Positions 26,964-42,944 of a stretch of DNA of 64,000 bases are shown piece by piece. Under the pieces are notes generated by a model, which saw only the letters and a list, made by a program, of their open reading frames with translations, searched no databases and was not told where the DNA came from. The translations under genes were made by a program, and so were the position numbers. The stretch is from Octopus vulgaris (Eukaryota): assembly GCA_951406725.2 (NCBI GenBank), contig OX597838.1, positions 6,696,001 through 6,760,000 on the forward strand, read 5' to 3'. Every line of letters begins with the position of its first letter. Within the stretch, counting starts at the first letter, position 1.

Positions 26964-27348
26964 TCAATATATACATTCATGCATGTGCGTGTGAGTATGT
27001 ATGTGTGGTGTGTTTGTGCGTATATCTCTATTTTCGGAGATGAAAAAAACTTTTTTTTAGTCATTGCACGAGGGCCATGCTGGAAAACAGCCTTGAAGAT
27101 ATTACTCGACCAAATTAATCCTAGTATTTATATATTTTCAAGCTTGTACGAAGTCTATAATTATCTTTTTTTTTTATTGCTATGTCAAGGGAGCGTAACA
27201 AAACTTCGATGCTGCTGTTGGGGAAAATTATAAAGATACGCGTACATATATATTTCCACAAAGAAAAAACATAGGTACTGGTGCCACGTAAAAATGCACG
27301 ATACACACTGTAAAGTGGTTGGCATTAAGAAGGGCATCTAGCAGTAGA

Positions 27349-27778
<430 letters not shown>

Positions 27779-28585
27779 TTATATTTATCAGTTTTCTATA
27801 CAGTTTTCGTTTACCAAATTCGATTTGCCAGACATTGGTAGATTCGTGACTCTACAGGTGGAAGTTATTTGTGGAAAGGTGGCATTTCGTGCTTTCGAAC
27901 CCATACCCAAGTGGATTTCCGAAAGATCTACAGAAGCACTGCAGACGTCGTCTCTTTCTTACTCTGAGACATTTCACTCTGTTTCTCTCTATTAACGTTT
28001 CCGCTATCATTATAGTCGTCATATTATATAATTGGAAACGGTATTTCTATAAATGCAGCTCACATATTTCTAAATGAGATCAGTTAAAGAGTATTGAAGA
28101 ACCATTTGAGGTAAAGGAAAGCTACACAGAAACTGACAATAAATTATTTCCGTATTCGATAACGACACACACGTGAAACGCTTTATATTAAGTCTTCCTG
28201 ATATATCATATATCCGGTCGCCATAGCCCAGGAAACAAATATCGCTATGATAAATATAATCTGAGACAAGCTATTTCATTCTTTCTTTCTTTCGTTTCTT
28301 TCTTCTTTCTTTCTTTCTTTCTTTCTTTTCTGCTTTCTTTATTTCTTTTCTTTTCTTTTTCCATTTTTCTTTTTCTCTTTCATTTTTTTTTTTTCCGTCT
28401 TGCTTTATATCTTTTGAAAGTCGATTCCTATCAGATGCTTCAATATTCTGTAGACAGAAGAATAAATAATTATGTCATTTGAGATTGATATTTGATGGCA
28501 GTTTGGCAGTTATTTCCAGCAGTTTTAGTGACTACACAGAGCAGACATGAGCCACATTTGTCTACGAGTGGACCGCTTATTATAT

Positions 28586-28830
28586 ATGAGCACTCCGTCG
28601 GTTACGACGATGAGGGTCCCAGCTGAAACGATCAACGGAACAGCTTGCACGTGGAATTAACGTGCAAGTGGCTGAGCATTCCACAGACACGTGTACCCTT
28701 AATCTCGAGGAGATTCAGCTTTAGGTGTTTTCGCTCAATAAACACTCACAATGCCCGGTCTGGGAATCGAAACCGCGATCGTACGACCGCGAGTCCGCTG
28801 CCCAAACCACTGGGCCATTGCGCCTTCACA
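28586..28830 (-). mobile_element. SINE family C (tRNA-Arg-like head), internally deleted
   Basis: Minus strand GTGAAGGCGCAATGGCCCAGTGG...GGACTCGCGG (TCG in the anticodon-like position)...GGTTTCGATTCCC; 3' part CAGCCACTTGCACGTTAATT...CGACGGAGTG shared with 33240-33350. Confidence 0.85.
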
Positions 28831-29568
28831 CCGCTTCTTATATGACTCATCATCAAAGGGGTTGCACTACAACCAATACAATTCAGGGGATTTCATTTAT
28901 TAGGCGAGACTCTCAAATTTCCGTTGGTCACATTTTTTCCATGCAATAGAGTTTCTGCATTATTGTGACTTAGTCCGGTTGAGTTCACAAATACCTATAG
29001 TAGGGACCTACACCCTATGCTTATAAAATGCAACCCAGAGCTAAAGACGGAGATTAAATGTGCCAAAACTTCAGAGGTAGTAGATAAAGAGGATTACACA
29101 TTAATATTTTTTTAATCCATTGTTTCTACGTTTAGGCAACCGTATCAGTGAATGTCTGGAAATGGGGTAACATGATCTGTTACAAATGCTTCAACCCACA
29201 CCGTCTGTCAGAATTTCTACTCATTCGATAACTATTGCCACTGATGGATGTCGTAGTTTCTGTTTTTGCCTGTGTACAGATCAGAAATGGTCGGCTGTAC
29301 AACACTTGTTTTATCAACGTTTCTAGATATTTATCTTAGTTATTCTACGTCATTCTTCGCGAGTAATTTCTTCTTCACATCGACACATTTTTTAAATGCT
29401 AAAATGCAAAATTCAAATTTTATCAAATTTTCTAAGATTAAATACGACAAATATAAAATATCAAATTTTATTATTTTCGGGGGGAAAAAAAGTGATATTG
29501 ATATTTTAACAAATTCTATAACTAAGAACAAACAAAACTGAATTTTGATTCAAACTTTATTTATTATT

Positions 29569-29639
<71 letters not shown>

Positions 29640-30180
29640 AAGTGTGTGTGTGTAAAAAGCAAAAAAAAAAAATTAATTTTATCAATAAAAGAAAAATTCT
29701 CGCATAGGAATATTTTGAATGACTTCATTTTTTAACTGAAAATCTTCATAAGTTAAACAATTCGGTCTTGTCACAGATTAACTCTCTCTCCCTCTATATC
29801 TATTCCTCCCTCTGTCTCCCCCCTCTCTCTCTCTCTCTCTCTTCCTCTGTTTCTCACAGACACATGCATCTAAATATATATACATACACAAATTCAAATA
29901 CAAACATAATACAGAGAAAAACACATAAGTACAAACAGAAGCATGCATACATAGAAACTGATGCAGCATAAACTAGATACTGAAGCAAATGAGATATTCT
30001 TCCATTTAATTTGTATGTGTTAAATAAGCAAGAGGATGGAGCAGGTACTTTTTCTCACCAACAGCTTTCTCACTTCTTTAATAAAGCCTCTTACACTGAC
30101 ATCTCCATTCCTTTTGTCATATTTCATTTGTGTACAAAAATGTTTCGTAAAAGTTTTACATATATATATACATATATATT

Positions 30181-30229
<49 letters not shown>

Positions 30230-30343
30230 ATATGTGTAAATACGATTCAGAGATCCGAGTACAGGAAGATCGCTAACTTCAATGTATAAACATATTTTAC
30301 TTAAGTGTGTGCATGTATTAAATAGATAGACAGACAGATAGGC

Positions 30344-30407
<64 letters not shown>

Positions 30408-30420
30408 CGATAGATAGATA

Positions 30421-31495
<1,075 letters not shown>

Positions 31496-31514
31496 TTAGT
31501 TAGTTAGTTAGATA

Positions 31515-32404
31515 AGTCTCTTTATTGGCCACACAGGGCTGCACACAGATGGGACAAGTTACAAGGTAGAGCTTTTCTTTTGGGGGATGAAGAGAACAAA
31601 AAACAAAAGAAAAAAAAAGGAGTGGCGTAGGTTTTCGATCAAGAGGGATCGTAAAAGGGAAGAAGAAAAAAAAGAACAAAAACCAAAAAAAATTGAATAA
31701 AATAAAAAGAATAAAAAGAAAAAAAGGAAAGGAAAAGGAACAAAAGGAAAGAGAAATGAAAAAAGAAGAAAAAAGGGGAAAAAAAGGGGAAGAGGGAAAA
31801 AAAGAGCGATCAATAGGGATCGTGTATCACAATGTTATGATATATGGTGTAAAGGGGAAAGCAAGTAAGGTTTATCCGTGGGAAGAAAATCCTACGAAAA
31901 AGACCACGGTAACCTTGGTCAATATTGTTATATGTTACCACATTTGTTTGCAAGTGGGTAACCCTCTGTTTTCAATTTCTGGGTTCATAGGATTATGCTC
32001 AAGGTGGCTTCGTCATTCATACGTGCCATCCTTGCTACATTCACCCATCTTTTTTAAAACATTCGCTAGACAAAACTTGCCTCTCTACTCTCACTTTCCT
32101 TTTCAAGTGGTACTTGAAGAAGTTGATGAGAGATTGACCAGAGAGGAAAGTGTTTGTCTCCAATCCTTTCAGACGCGTCCACCAGATACATTCTTTTGCC
32201 ATAGCCACAAGGATGATGAAAATAGCTCTTCCTTCCCGTTTGAAGGAAGGAGGCGTGACAATATTGACGATAGACTCAGCTGACAAACCGACTCGTCCCA
32301 CACGTGACAGCAGTTGTTCGACATAAGCCCACAGGTCGGAAATTGTTGGACACTGCACGAGTGCGTGCAGAACGGTTTCGTCGCTCTGACCGCATCTCGG
32401 GCGT
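31515..32404 (-). mobile_element. Same LINE family, copy 2, 5'-truncated inside the zinc knuckle
   Basis: QCPTISDLWAYVEQLLSRVGRVGLSAESIVNIV...AKECIWWTRLKG...HLKRKVRVER; stop at 31985; same 3'UTR; (GATA)n on both flanks. Confidence 0.9.
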
Positions 32405-32476
<72 letters not shown>

Positions 32477-33076
32477 CAGACACAGAGAGAGATATTTGTT
32501 TTAAACTATATTTATTCATTTGTTCCTTTTGTTTTATGTTTTGAGTATTTTCATATTTACTTTACCTCATTTTTACCCTGTCAATTTTTTATCTTCTCCA
32601 TTTAAAACAATGTAACAATATAGAAATTAATGTCAAAATTTATAAAAGCAAAATCGACGAGGTCAGACCTCGTTACGTTGATTCTAGTATTTTCTGTCGA
32701 GCCTCCGTCCATCTTAAAATTATTGGCTTCCAAAGTATGATTGCAAAGTAGAACGCTGACAAAAAATGATTGATAGCCATCTAAGGGAATAGGTCTAAAT
32801 ATATTCAATTCTTTATTTAAAACAGAACAAATATAGAAACAGAACTGAATGAAATCATCCGAAGATGTTAAGATGTTTGACCGTTAATGAAGATATGTTA
32901 GTTTGCGTATTGGAATCTATCTGTCTGTGGCGAAATTAACTGCGACCGGATATTTTATTTTTATATCGCACAAACAACAGTGATTCCGGTTATCTGACAA
33001 TCAAAATCGTATCTGAGATGTGAGGATGATTCCGGCGTAAATATGTTTATGATGCGTGTATTGTAGTGAGATATTG

Positions 33077-33352
33077 AAGGCACGTTGGCTTGGTGGTTCG
33101 GGTTTTCGGCTCACGATCGATACTTTATTTCACGTTATTCCAGTCATTCCAGCAGGTAAAAAAAATGAGCTTTACCTGCAATTCAAAGGGCCAGCATTGC
33201 AACATTATTTGTCACGCTGAACCTCCTTAAGAATTCCGTTAAGGGAACGCGTCTGTGACGTGGTCAGCCACTTAAACGTTAATTTCACGAGGAAGTTGTT
33301 CCTTTGACCAAATCAACAACATTACTGATCGTCCTAACTGACGGAGTGTCAG
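33077..33352 (+). mobile_element. SINE family C, older subtype
   Basis: GAAGGCACGTTGGCTTGGTGGTTCGGG head; 3' TTAAGGGAACGCGTCTGTG...CAGCCACTTAAACGTTAATTTCACG...GACGGAGTG matches the 28586 copy. Confidence 0.7.
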
Positions 33353-33464
33353 TTTATTGATGTAGTGTGCCTAGTGGTGAGGGAATCGCAATTACGATGG
33401 CGAGAACGTAGTTTCGATTACCGAACAGGTTAGTGCGTTCCGTTCTGGAACGAAATATTTCACT

Positions 33465-33562
33465 TTGCTCTAGAAGTAGACACCGGGCCAAGGTGTCACG
33501 TAGTGTTACTGGACCCGGAACATTGTGTACATGAAACATCTTTCTTACCACACAGCCACGCT
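33465..33562 (-). mobile_element. SINE family B head, diverged
   Basis: CCAAGGTGTCACGTAGTG...CCCGGAAC...CTTACCACACAGCCACG. Confidence 0.65.
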
Positions 33563-33611
33563 TTTCTCCTATAAACACATGAGCCAATGAATTTCAATAC
33601 CGATATATATA

Positions 33612-33655
<44 letters not shown>

Positions 33656-34097
33656 AATATATACGAAAATCATGAATCTATCTGCTTTTAAAGCAATATG
33701 TCATTCATTCGTTTATTACTCTTTAAACTATATTTGAAACGTCAATCTAAGCTGAATTATTGTTAAGCGGATTAGGATTTCTCTGAATTATTAACCTCGT
33801 CTTCAGACTATAAAAATTTCCAATTTGTTTTTAAGTAAAAAGTAAGAAATCTGGTCGGCTAATTCGCATAATCCTGTCTGTGATCTTTTATATATTCAGA
33901 AGTATCATGCCTAAAACAAAGTAAATTTATAGCTAAATACTGTGTTTTCGTCTGACAGGCTCATAAAATTGGTGTTTATCCGAGTGAAACTGTGATCATT
34001 TCCAAGGGCACCGTGGGAAAAAAAATCCGAAAAATCCCCGCAGACACGGAGAAATTTCATTTTCGCCATACTTTCAATACTCACTCCTGTACTATTT

Positions 34098-34292
34098 CTT
34101 TACTACACACAAGGGGCTAAACACAGAGGAGACAAACAAGGACAGACAGACGGATTAAGTCGATTATATTGACCCCCAGTGCGTAACTGGTACTTAATTT
34201 ATCGACCCCGAAAGGATGAAAGGCAAAGTCGACCTCGGTGGAATTTGAACTCAGAACCCGGCGTGCTAACGTTTCTGCCAGCTCGCCGCCTT
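34098..34292 (-). mobile_element. SINE family A with internal deletion
   Basis: Reverse complement of AAGGCGGCGAGCTGGCAGAAACGTTAGCACGCCGGG|TTCTGAGTTC...TAGTAAAGAAATAG. Confidence 0.9.
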
Positions 34293-34457
34293 ACTACTCT
34301 TGTACTAGAAAGCGATGCATCGCATAGATACAATCCAGTCATTCCATGAACTGCTGCTGCTGCTGGTCTTCCTTCTGTTACGTATATTTAGTTCAGAGGA
34401 ATCTGTGAAAATTAAATATAGTGTCTTGTTCACCTAATAATGAAATTTAATGAATGC

Positions 34458-34825
34458 TATGGCTCTGTGGTAAGAAGATTGCTACCCAACCACATATCTC
34501 CGAGTTCAGTCTCACTGCATGGCACCTTGGGTAAGTGTCTTCCACTACATCCGCGGGCAGACCGAAGCCTTGTGAGTAGATTGGGTAGACTGAAACTAGA
34601 AGAAGCCCGTCGTGAATATATTCCTATGTGTGTGCGTGCTTGTGCGTGTGTGTGTGAGGGTGTGTGTTTGTTCCCCAAACATCGCTTGACAACCGATGTT
34701 GGTGCGTTTATGTCCCCGAAATGTAGAGGTTCGGCATAGAGGACCGATAGAATAAGTCTTGGGGTCGATTTCTTCAACTAAAAGTGGTGCTACAGCATGG
34801 CCACAGTCAAATTATTGAAACAGTG
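34458..34825 (+). mobile_element. SINE family B, near full length
   Basis: TGGCTCTGTGGTAAG...GCACCTTGGGTAAGTGTCTTC...internal (TG)n...GGTGCTACAGCATGGCCACAGTCAAAT. Confidence 0.88.
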
Positions 34826-34890
34826 TAAGGGAGTAACTTTAAGTGATCGCGTGCAAAAACATCCAAGCAATCAAGATGGTGCACACTCAC

Positions 34891-34957
<67 letters not shown>

Positions 34958-34958
<1 letters not shown>

Positions 34959-35212
34959 GTTTCTTTATTGGCCACACAGGGCTGCACACAGATGGGACAA
35001 GTTACAAGGTAGAGCTTTTCTTTTGGGGGAAGAAAAAAAAATTAAAGAAACAAAAAACAAGGGGTGGCGTAGGTTTTCGATCAAGAGGGATCGTAAAAGT
35101 GAAGAAAAGAACAAAAAAAAATAAATAAATAAAATTTTAAAAATTTGAAAATTTGAAAATTTAAAAAAAATATAAAAAAAGAAGAAAAGGAAAAGGAACA
35201 AAAGAAAAGAGA
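34958..35212 (-). mobile_element. Same LINE family, copy 3 (3'UTR only), in a (GATA)n array
   Basis: TTCTTTATTGGCCACACAGGGCTGCACACAGATGGGACAAGTTACAAGGTAGAGC essentially identical to 31519 onward; (GATA)n at 34890-34957 and 35213-35270. Confidence 0.9.
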
Positions 35213-36475
35213 GATAGATAGATAGATAGATAGATAGATAAATAGATAAATAGATAGATAGATAAATAGGTAGATTTGCTTCGGAAATTTGAGATTAATG
35301 GTTCGAACAATATTCTATTGTTCAAGTATGTGTTGTAATATACTCTGCTATTAAAGACATGATCTGCAGACTGGTTCTTTACACTGCACTGCCTCATATT
35401 CCAACGTAAATTTTAACGTATAATACACTATTATTATGTGATCATGCCTCAAACATTTGATCTATCTTAATGACATAATACTGTTTACAACAACAACGAG
35501 AACAACAGTATTAACTACAACAACAGCGATAACTACAAGAATAACCGAAACAGCAAGAATTATTATGATCGCCATCATGAAGAAGATCAGTAGCAGAAAG
35601 ATGAACAACAAAAAGAAATATTTGAAGATTAAATAAAAAAAAATAATAATACAAATAAAAGAACAATACATATAGAAATATCAAACACAAAATCAGCAAA
35701 AATTAATGAAAAAATAGAGAGACTTGTTAAATATAAAGTTAAAAACAGAACGCTATTAAGAACAAAAGTGTATCAATAACATCAGTAGATAGAAATGGAG
35801 CAAAAAATGTACCAGAAATAACAATAATAATAACTACAATATCAGCTAGAAGAATTACAATCCATAGCATCAAATGCGAAGTAACAACTTCAGCAAAACA
35901 TTCGTATCTTTATTATGAAGAGAAAACAGCAGAAAGAAATAAACAAGAAAATATGAAAACGAATAACTCTTTCAGTGAAAATAATATCAGCCAAGGTACA
36001 GTACCAGGAACTGCAATAACAATATAATCAACAAGAGAAGAAAAATTCTGAAAATAATAATAATAATAATAAGCAATGACTAAGAAGAAAGCGGCGAACG
36101 TTACATCAATAATAACTATGGAAATTATCAGCATCAACATTGCTTCCCCACCAGGAAAAAAAAGTAGTAAAAGAAAGAATAAAGAGAAATATAAAATAAA
36201 GGTAAAAATTTTTGAAACAGTGTAAAATTTTCAATGAAAAAAAGAAAGTATTAAAAATCGGTAAAACAACAGCGCCAACCGTCTATGCCGGCGCTCCACC
36301 AGGCAACAGTACAAACAGCGCCGACAACGTCGCCAAAGTTTTTTTACTAAACGTTAGTAGCAACCGTATCGGCGACACCTCCACACCAACCCCCGATAAA
36401 AGCAGCAGCAGCAGCACCAATGATAATAATAAGAAGTTGAAGAGTAACAAAATACGAAAAAGAAAAATAGCAAAA

Positions 36476-37560
<1,085 letters not shown>

Positions 37561-38000
37561 TGTTATCATTAACATTGTCGTTGTTGTTATTAAATCAATA
37601 TTAACGCTTAATGTTTATTTGTTTACGTTTATTTATATTTATTTATTCAAAAACTTAATATTTGATTTCCTTATAAGGAAAGAGATAATTATGTGTATTA
37701 TTCTCTAAAACGGATGTTAAATCTTTTCTATTTCATTTCAGATTTCTTCACAAATGAATTCAAAGTTTTGCAAAACGCTTTCAACAAAACTATGTCACTC
37801 CTTTTGTTAGACGCTTTCAAATTGCATTCAATGTATGTATGAATATATATACATATATACATATACACAGACATATATATACACATATGTATGCCTGTGT
37901 GTGTGTGAATATATATATATATATATGCATATATATACATACATATACTCATACATATACATATATATATATATATATATATAAATATATATAGGTGTTA

Positions 38001-38040
<40 letters not shown>

Positions 38041-38303
38041 AGGTATGTATGTATGTATGTACTCTCGTATATGTCATATATGCAAAAATATATATGATAA
38101 AATGTGAGAAGTACGACTACATACGTGTAACACGCATTGGCTATGTTTATCAATATTTCCTGTTTGTTTTACAATCACAGAATTTAGGGTTTGTTTCTTC
38201 TTTCGCAAACCGTACACATTCATTCACGTGAAAAGACATTCATTTCTGAAGTTCGTGTAACGTCTATTGAGATCAGACAAATATATATAACTGATATGAA
38301 GGC

Positions 38304-38335
<32 letters not shown>

Positions 38336-38625
38336 ATATATATACATATATACATACATATATATGTATCTATACACACATATATATCTGTGTATATACA
38401 CACACATTCATGTATATATGTAAGGATATTAGAAACTGCTTTATGGAATAAGGAAACATTTTATATTGTATTGAGAAGCAGATCGTATTACTTGGCTTAC
38501 ATGTAGACCATACAAAATTCTCAGTGATGTAATATACTCAGAAATGTTTGCAAATTTTAGCGCATGGAATCCATGTAAGTGTAAAAGCATAGATGTAGTT
38601 ACGTACAGATGAGCACACACACAGA

Positions 38626-38670
<45 letters not shown>

Positions 38671-38752
38671 CTGACGTGAATTTGCTACCCAGGTTTCGGT
38701 TAAACGAATTTTCCATGCTGACGATAAACATAGAATAATTCATTCACCTACT

Positions 38753-38787
<35 letters not shown>

Positions 38788-38795
38788 CGTATATA

Positions 38796-38877
<82 letters not shown>

Positions 38878-40120
38878 ATATATATATATATATGTATATA
38901 TACGTATGTAAGTTCGTGAGTATCTGTACATGCATTCATGAATATATTCAGACATGTGCATATTTGGTTTTATATATCTATGTATGTATATGAACGTCTG
39001 TCCCTCAGAAAGCTTGCTTTTCCTAGGTAGACAGAGACACTGCATCCCAATCTGTCTAGTAAAGGTCTTTATTTTCTGAGAGATCACCACGTTTGAGAAA
39101 ACAACTGGGTTTAAGTTATTATGTTTTAACAAAGGTAAATATGCATAGAATTTAAACATACTTGCAGATAGGAAACATGGATATATCAAAATTTCACACA
39201 TTCAGTTATATGTGTGTGAGCTTCAACAACTCTGCCTGTTTGCCGCCTGGGGCTGTATATTTATTGATCTTCAAAAAACTGGTACTTGTAGTCGAAGATC
39301 GAATTGTTTTCTCTGCGTTCACCAGTGTATCTAGACCAGGGTCCGTCTAAAGATTTAAAGTATTCGATATTGATTTCGAAGAGGTTTTTCTCTTATTTCG
39401 AGAAAATGACAATGCAGAAATCATATTTTCACTGAATACCATTTTAATGAACTTTATTGTCACAAACTGTACTTCATCGAAAGAGGATAACACTCTGACG
39501 TGACAGCAATGAATGACAAATAAAAGACGAATATGTGAACAACAGCAATTTCAAAATATTAAACGAAGGGTATTTAAAACCGAAATGTCGACTCAAACGC
39601 AGTGAAATGTAATGTTCGATATATAATTTTATGCCTCTTTATTAAAGTGTTAATCAGGAATACACAGCATTTCACGAAGAATCTCCAACACCGCGCTCAA
39701 AAGCACAGCTATTAAATGTAAATGAAAGGATAAATGAATGGCATAAATTGACAGACATAACCTGACGGCATAGTTGAGACATTTCCTTACAAAGTTTGTA
39801 TTCGTCGGTTCAAACCCACTGCGCTGCAAATTGGGCGATTGTCATACAGGCGCTGACCAACAATTTCTAAGTCAATTCGGTAGACGTATATATGTGTATA
39901 TATAATATCGTTTAAAAACTCTATGCTTGGAATTACCTATTGTAAATACTATTGGAATTTACTCACAAGGTCCAGGAAACTTATATGTATATCATTCTGC
40001 TAATATAATGGAACTGCACATGCAATATCCCTGCATATCTCACGTCGGTTTTCACTCCTCCAGTTCAATCTCTATTTCATATCTTCTGTAGGAATGACTT
40101 GTTTATCATTTCCTCGCACC

Positions 40121-40168
40121 GTCTCCGATGAAGGGATGTATAAAATATCCCGGAAACAGCCGTAAGAC
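40121..40168 (+). ncRNA. Hammerhead-like motif with U4C core
   Basis: GTCT-CCGATGA-A-GGGAT-loop-ATCCC-G-GAAA-CAGCCG-TA-AGAC: stem I GTCT/AGAC, stem II GGGAT/ATCCC, near-palindromic stem III, GUA site. Confidence 0.5.
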
Positions 40169-40254
40169 CTCTTTATCAATGTTCTGGTATCTTTCACAGT
40201 CTTGGATTTTTATCTCATTCTGTAAATTTTTTACATATCTACATATATATATAG

Positions 40255-40415
40255 TTTGAATTTACAAACAAACAAACAAAACAAAAGACGAGGACGAGTG
40301 TGTAAACAACAAACTGACGTATTATTTTAACGCCCGGGAAGTGAGAAAGACTTTTACATTTCGACCCTACGCTCTTCGACAGAAAGGAACACAGAAATAA
40401 ACAGAGAAAATAAAA
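40255..40415 (-). mobile_element. Repeat family H copy, hammerhead-like motif at 40351-40386
   Basis: Minus strand CTTT-CTGTCGA-A-GAGC-GTAG-GGTC-GAAA-TG-TA-AAAG plus shared downstream sequence. Confidence 0.7.
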
Positions 40416-41000
40416 TGATGTAGGAGCTACAGACACACACACACACACATACACACACACATATACGCACACACACACACACACATATCAATATATATCA
40501 TACGATGGTCAGAATTATTGCGAAGCAAATTTTGCTGTTCATCTGCTACACCTACAGAAATCTAAACGCGTATATAATTGCTCGTACAAAATGACATATA
40601 TTTTTACATACATCGACACAACATACCTCCGCCTAAATATACACAATTATTCATACACACACATACACTTGTGGTTCTGTGTGTGTGTGTCTGTTTGTGA
40701 GCGTGTATATGTGTGGTGTGTATGTCTGTTTGAATAGTTATGTAGATAGACAAACAAAGACAATAAACTCTAGTTGCACTCTTCTTTCAAGATCACCCTC
40801 TGTTGACCCGCGGCTTATCTATACGCCCTACTGTGAATCATATTTCTTCTCACATTAGTCTCACATTGTATATTCAAACGTTATTAATGTGACTAATTAA
40901 TTTTTTTTCATTCATTAATTACTTTCATTCTAAATCCAGAATTATTTCCGATAATAAAAAAAAAATTAATTACAACTGTGATACACGTATACATACACAG

Positions 41001-41042
<42 letters not shown>

Positions 41043-41269
41043 CAGGGAGAGAGAGAAAGAGAGAGGGTATCAGAGAAAAAGAGTGAGACAGAAGATCTGA
41101 ATTTGCTTTTTATTTAAGTAGTTATTGAAAATTTTTGATTTTCTAATTCAGATACATATCACCAATATCTCTTTTATATATTCTCGGGAAAGACAAAATT
41201 GATAAAACGGAGGGAAATGTAATCAAAACAATAAGAAATATCTCTCACATTTACTCATATTCAAATAAC

Positions 41270-41351
<82 letters not shown>

Positions 41352-41380
41352 TATAGTATATATATATATATATTTATATG

Positions 41381-41465
<85 letters not shown>

Positions 41466-41469
<4 letters not shown>

Positions 41470-41722
41470 GCAGCGTGGAAAATGTTTGTAAGTCATTTAA
41501 GAAACACACAAAAGCCGTTCGATTCACTTCAACATTTAAGTTTAATTTGTCAACCTGTTCACTGACAAAAATCCGTGCACCACGGATTTTTGTCAGTGAA
41601 CAGGTCGCGACTTAAGCGACGAAAATGTCTTAAATGGCTTACAAACACCTTCCAAGCTGCAATTGTTTTCGTTTCAGTACACGATCTCAGATCAAATCAC
41701 TTGCTATGCGAGTACATCTCCG

Positions 41723-41725
<3 letters not shown>
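41466..41725. mobile_element. Nested-palindrome element within (TA)n
   Basis: Perfect 25-bp hairpin 41553-41577/41581-41605 inside outer imperfect inverted repeats 41466-41502/41628-41664. Confidence 0.8.
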
Positions 41726-41768
<43 letters not shown>

Positions 41769-41914
41769 AGAAATATTAACACAAGGAAAGGATGAATGAG
41801 ACCTCGATATTATGTAAATAGATGAATATATCTGTAATATACTATGTGACAATTATTCGGTTGCCATAATAAGAATCCGAGTTTCTAGTATATATATATA
41901 TATATATATATACC

Positions 41915-42150
41915 TGATCCCCTTGTCTGTCCTTGTTTGTTCTCTCTCTGTTTCGCCCCTTGTGGGTAGTAAAGAAATAGGTATTTCGTTTGTCTTTACG
42001 TTCTGATTTCGAATTTCACCGATGTCGACTTTGCTTTTCATCCTTTCGGGGCCGATAAATTAAGTATCAGTTGCGTACTTGAATCGATCTAATCGACTGC
42101 TCCCCCCAAAAAAAATATAAAATTTCGGGCCTTGTGCCTAGAGTAGAAAA
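41915..42150 (+). mobile_element. SINE family A: 3' module, second body, tail type 2
   Basis: GTGGGTAGTAAAGAAATAG|GTATTTCGTTTGTCTTTACGTTCTG...GGGCCTTGTGCCTAGAGTAGAAAA. Confidence 0.88.
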
Positions 42151-42691
42151 AATTAAATCAATACACCATTTAGTAACATAACGCAAAACTATTCGATTAC
42201 GAACAGTGTGCTTGTGTATTCCTAATACATTGATGAAACAAAAACATCGCTTTCTAAAAGAATTTAAATGAAAACGAAACTTGAAACAAAATTTTATTTC
42301 ACGTGATGAAAATTTATTGATTTCGAAAGAACGTGAATTGAATCTCTGTAGGACTGGTTGATAGCGAGATAGAGAAATGGATAAATAATAAGGAGTAAGT
42401 GCTAACATAAAAGAAACCTTTGTAAGGAAATAGTCGGAGACTTGCTCTTGGGACTTCATTTTATATCGCCTGTAAATAATACGAGCGTTCTACCATTGAA
42501 CTGAAGCGAATCCAAGAATCTTCGCTATCCATATTAGGAAGTTTGAATTTTACCACTGAGAATTGCCTGATGTTGACGTCATAAGAATCTGTAAACTTCC
42601 GAGAGAAACGTGAAATGATTCTTTTTTCGGAATAGTGGATCATCTCGAGTCACTGAGAGCAATAAATAGTTGTATTGCTTTTAGAAGAAAA

Positions 42692-42941
42692 TGAGGAAGA
42701 AGCAGGAGGAGGAGGAGGAGGAGAAGAAGAAGAAGAAGAAGAAGAAGAAGAAGAAGAAGAAGAAGAGGAGGTAGTAGTAGAAGAAGAAGAAGAAGAAGAA
42801 GAAGAAGATGAAGAAGAAGATGAAGAAGAAGATGAAGAAGAAGATGAGGAAGAAGAAGAAGAAGAAGAAGAAGAAGAAGAAGAAGAAGAAGAAGAAGAAG
42901 AAGAAGAAGAAGAAGAAGAAGAAGAAGAAGAAGAAGAAGAA
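42692..42941. repeat. (GAA)n microsatellite
   Basis: Direct reading. Confidence 0.97.
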
Positions 42942-42944
42942 CAT

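Noticed and set aside
31693-32283. 196-aa plus-strand ORF
   Set aside because: Antisense to LINE ORF2 and its A-rich UTR; the coding signal is on the minus strand.
41780-41888. TA-flanked segment whose minus strand begins GAAACTCGGATT, like a hammerhead 3' half
   Set aside because: Core and stem II are absent and there is only one copy here, so it cannot be supported.
42461-42643. 60-aa ORF with VKFKLPNMDSEDSWIRF, faintly like a retrotransposon gag start
   Set aside because: Too short and weak; no LTR or pol sequence adjacent.
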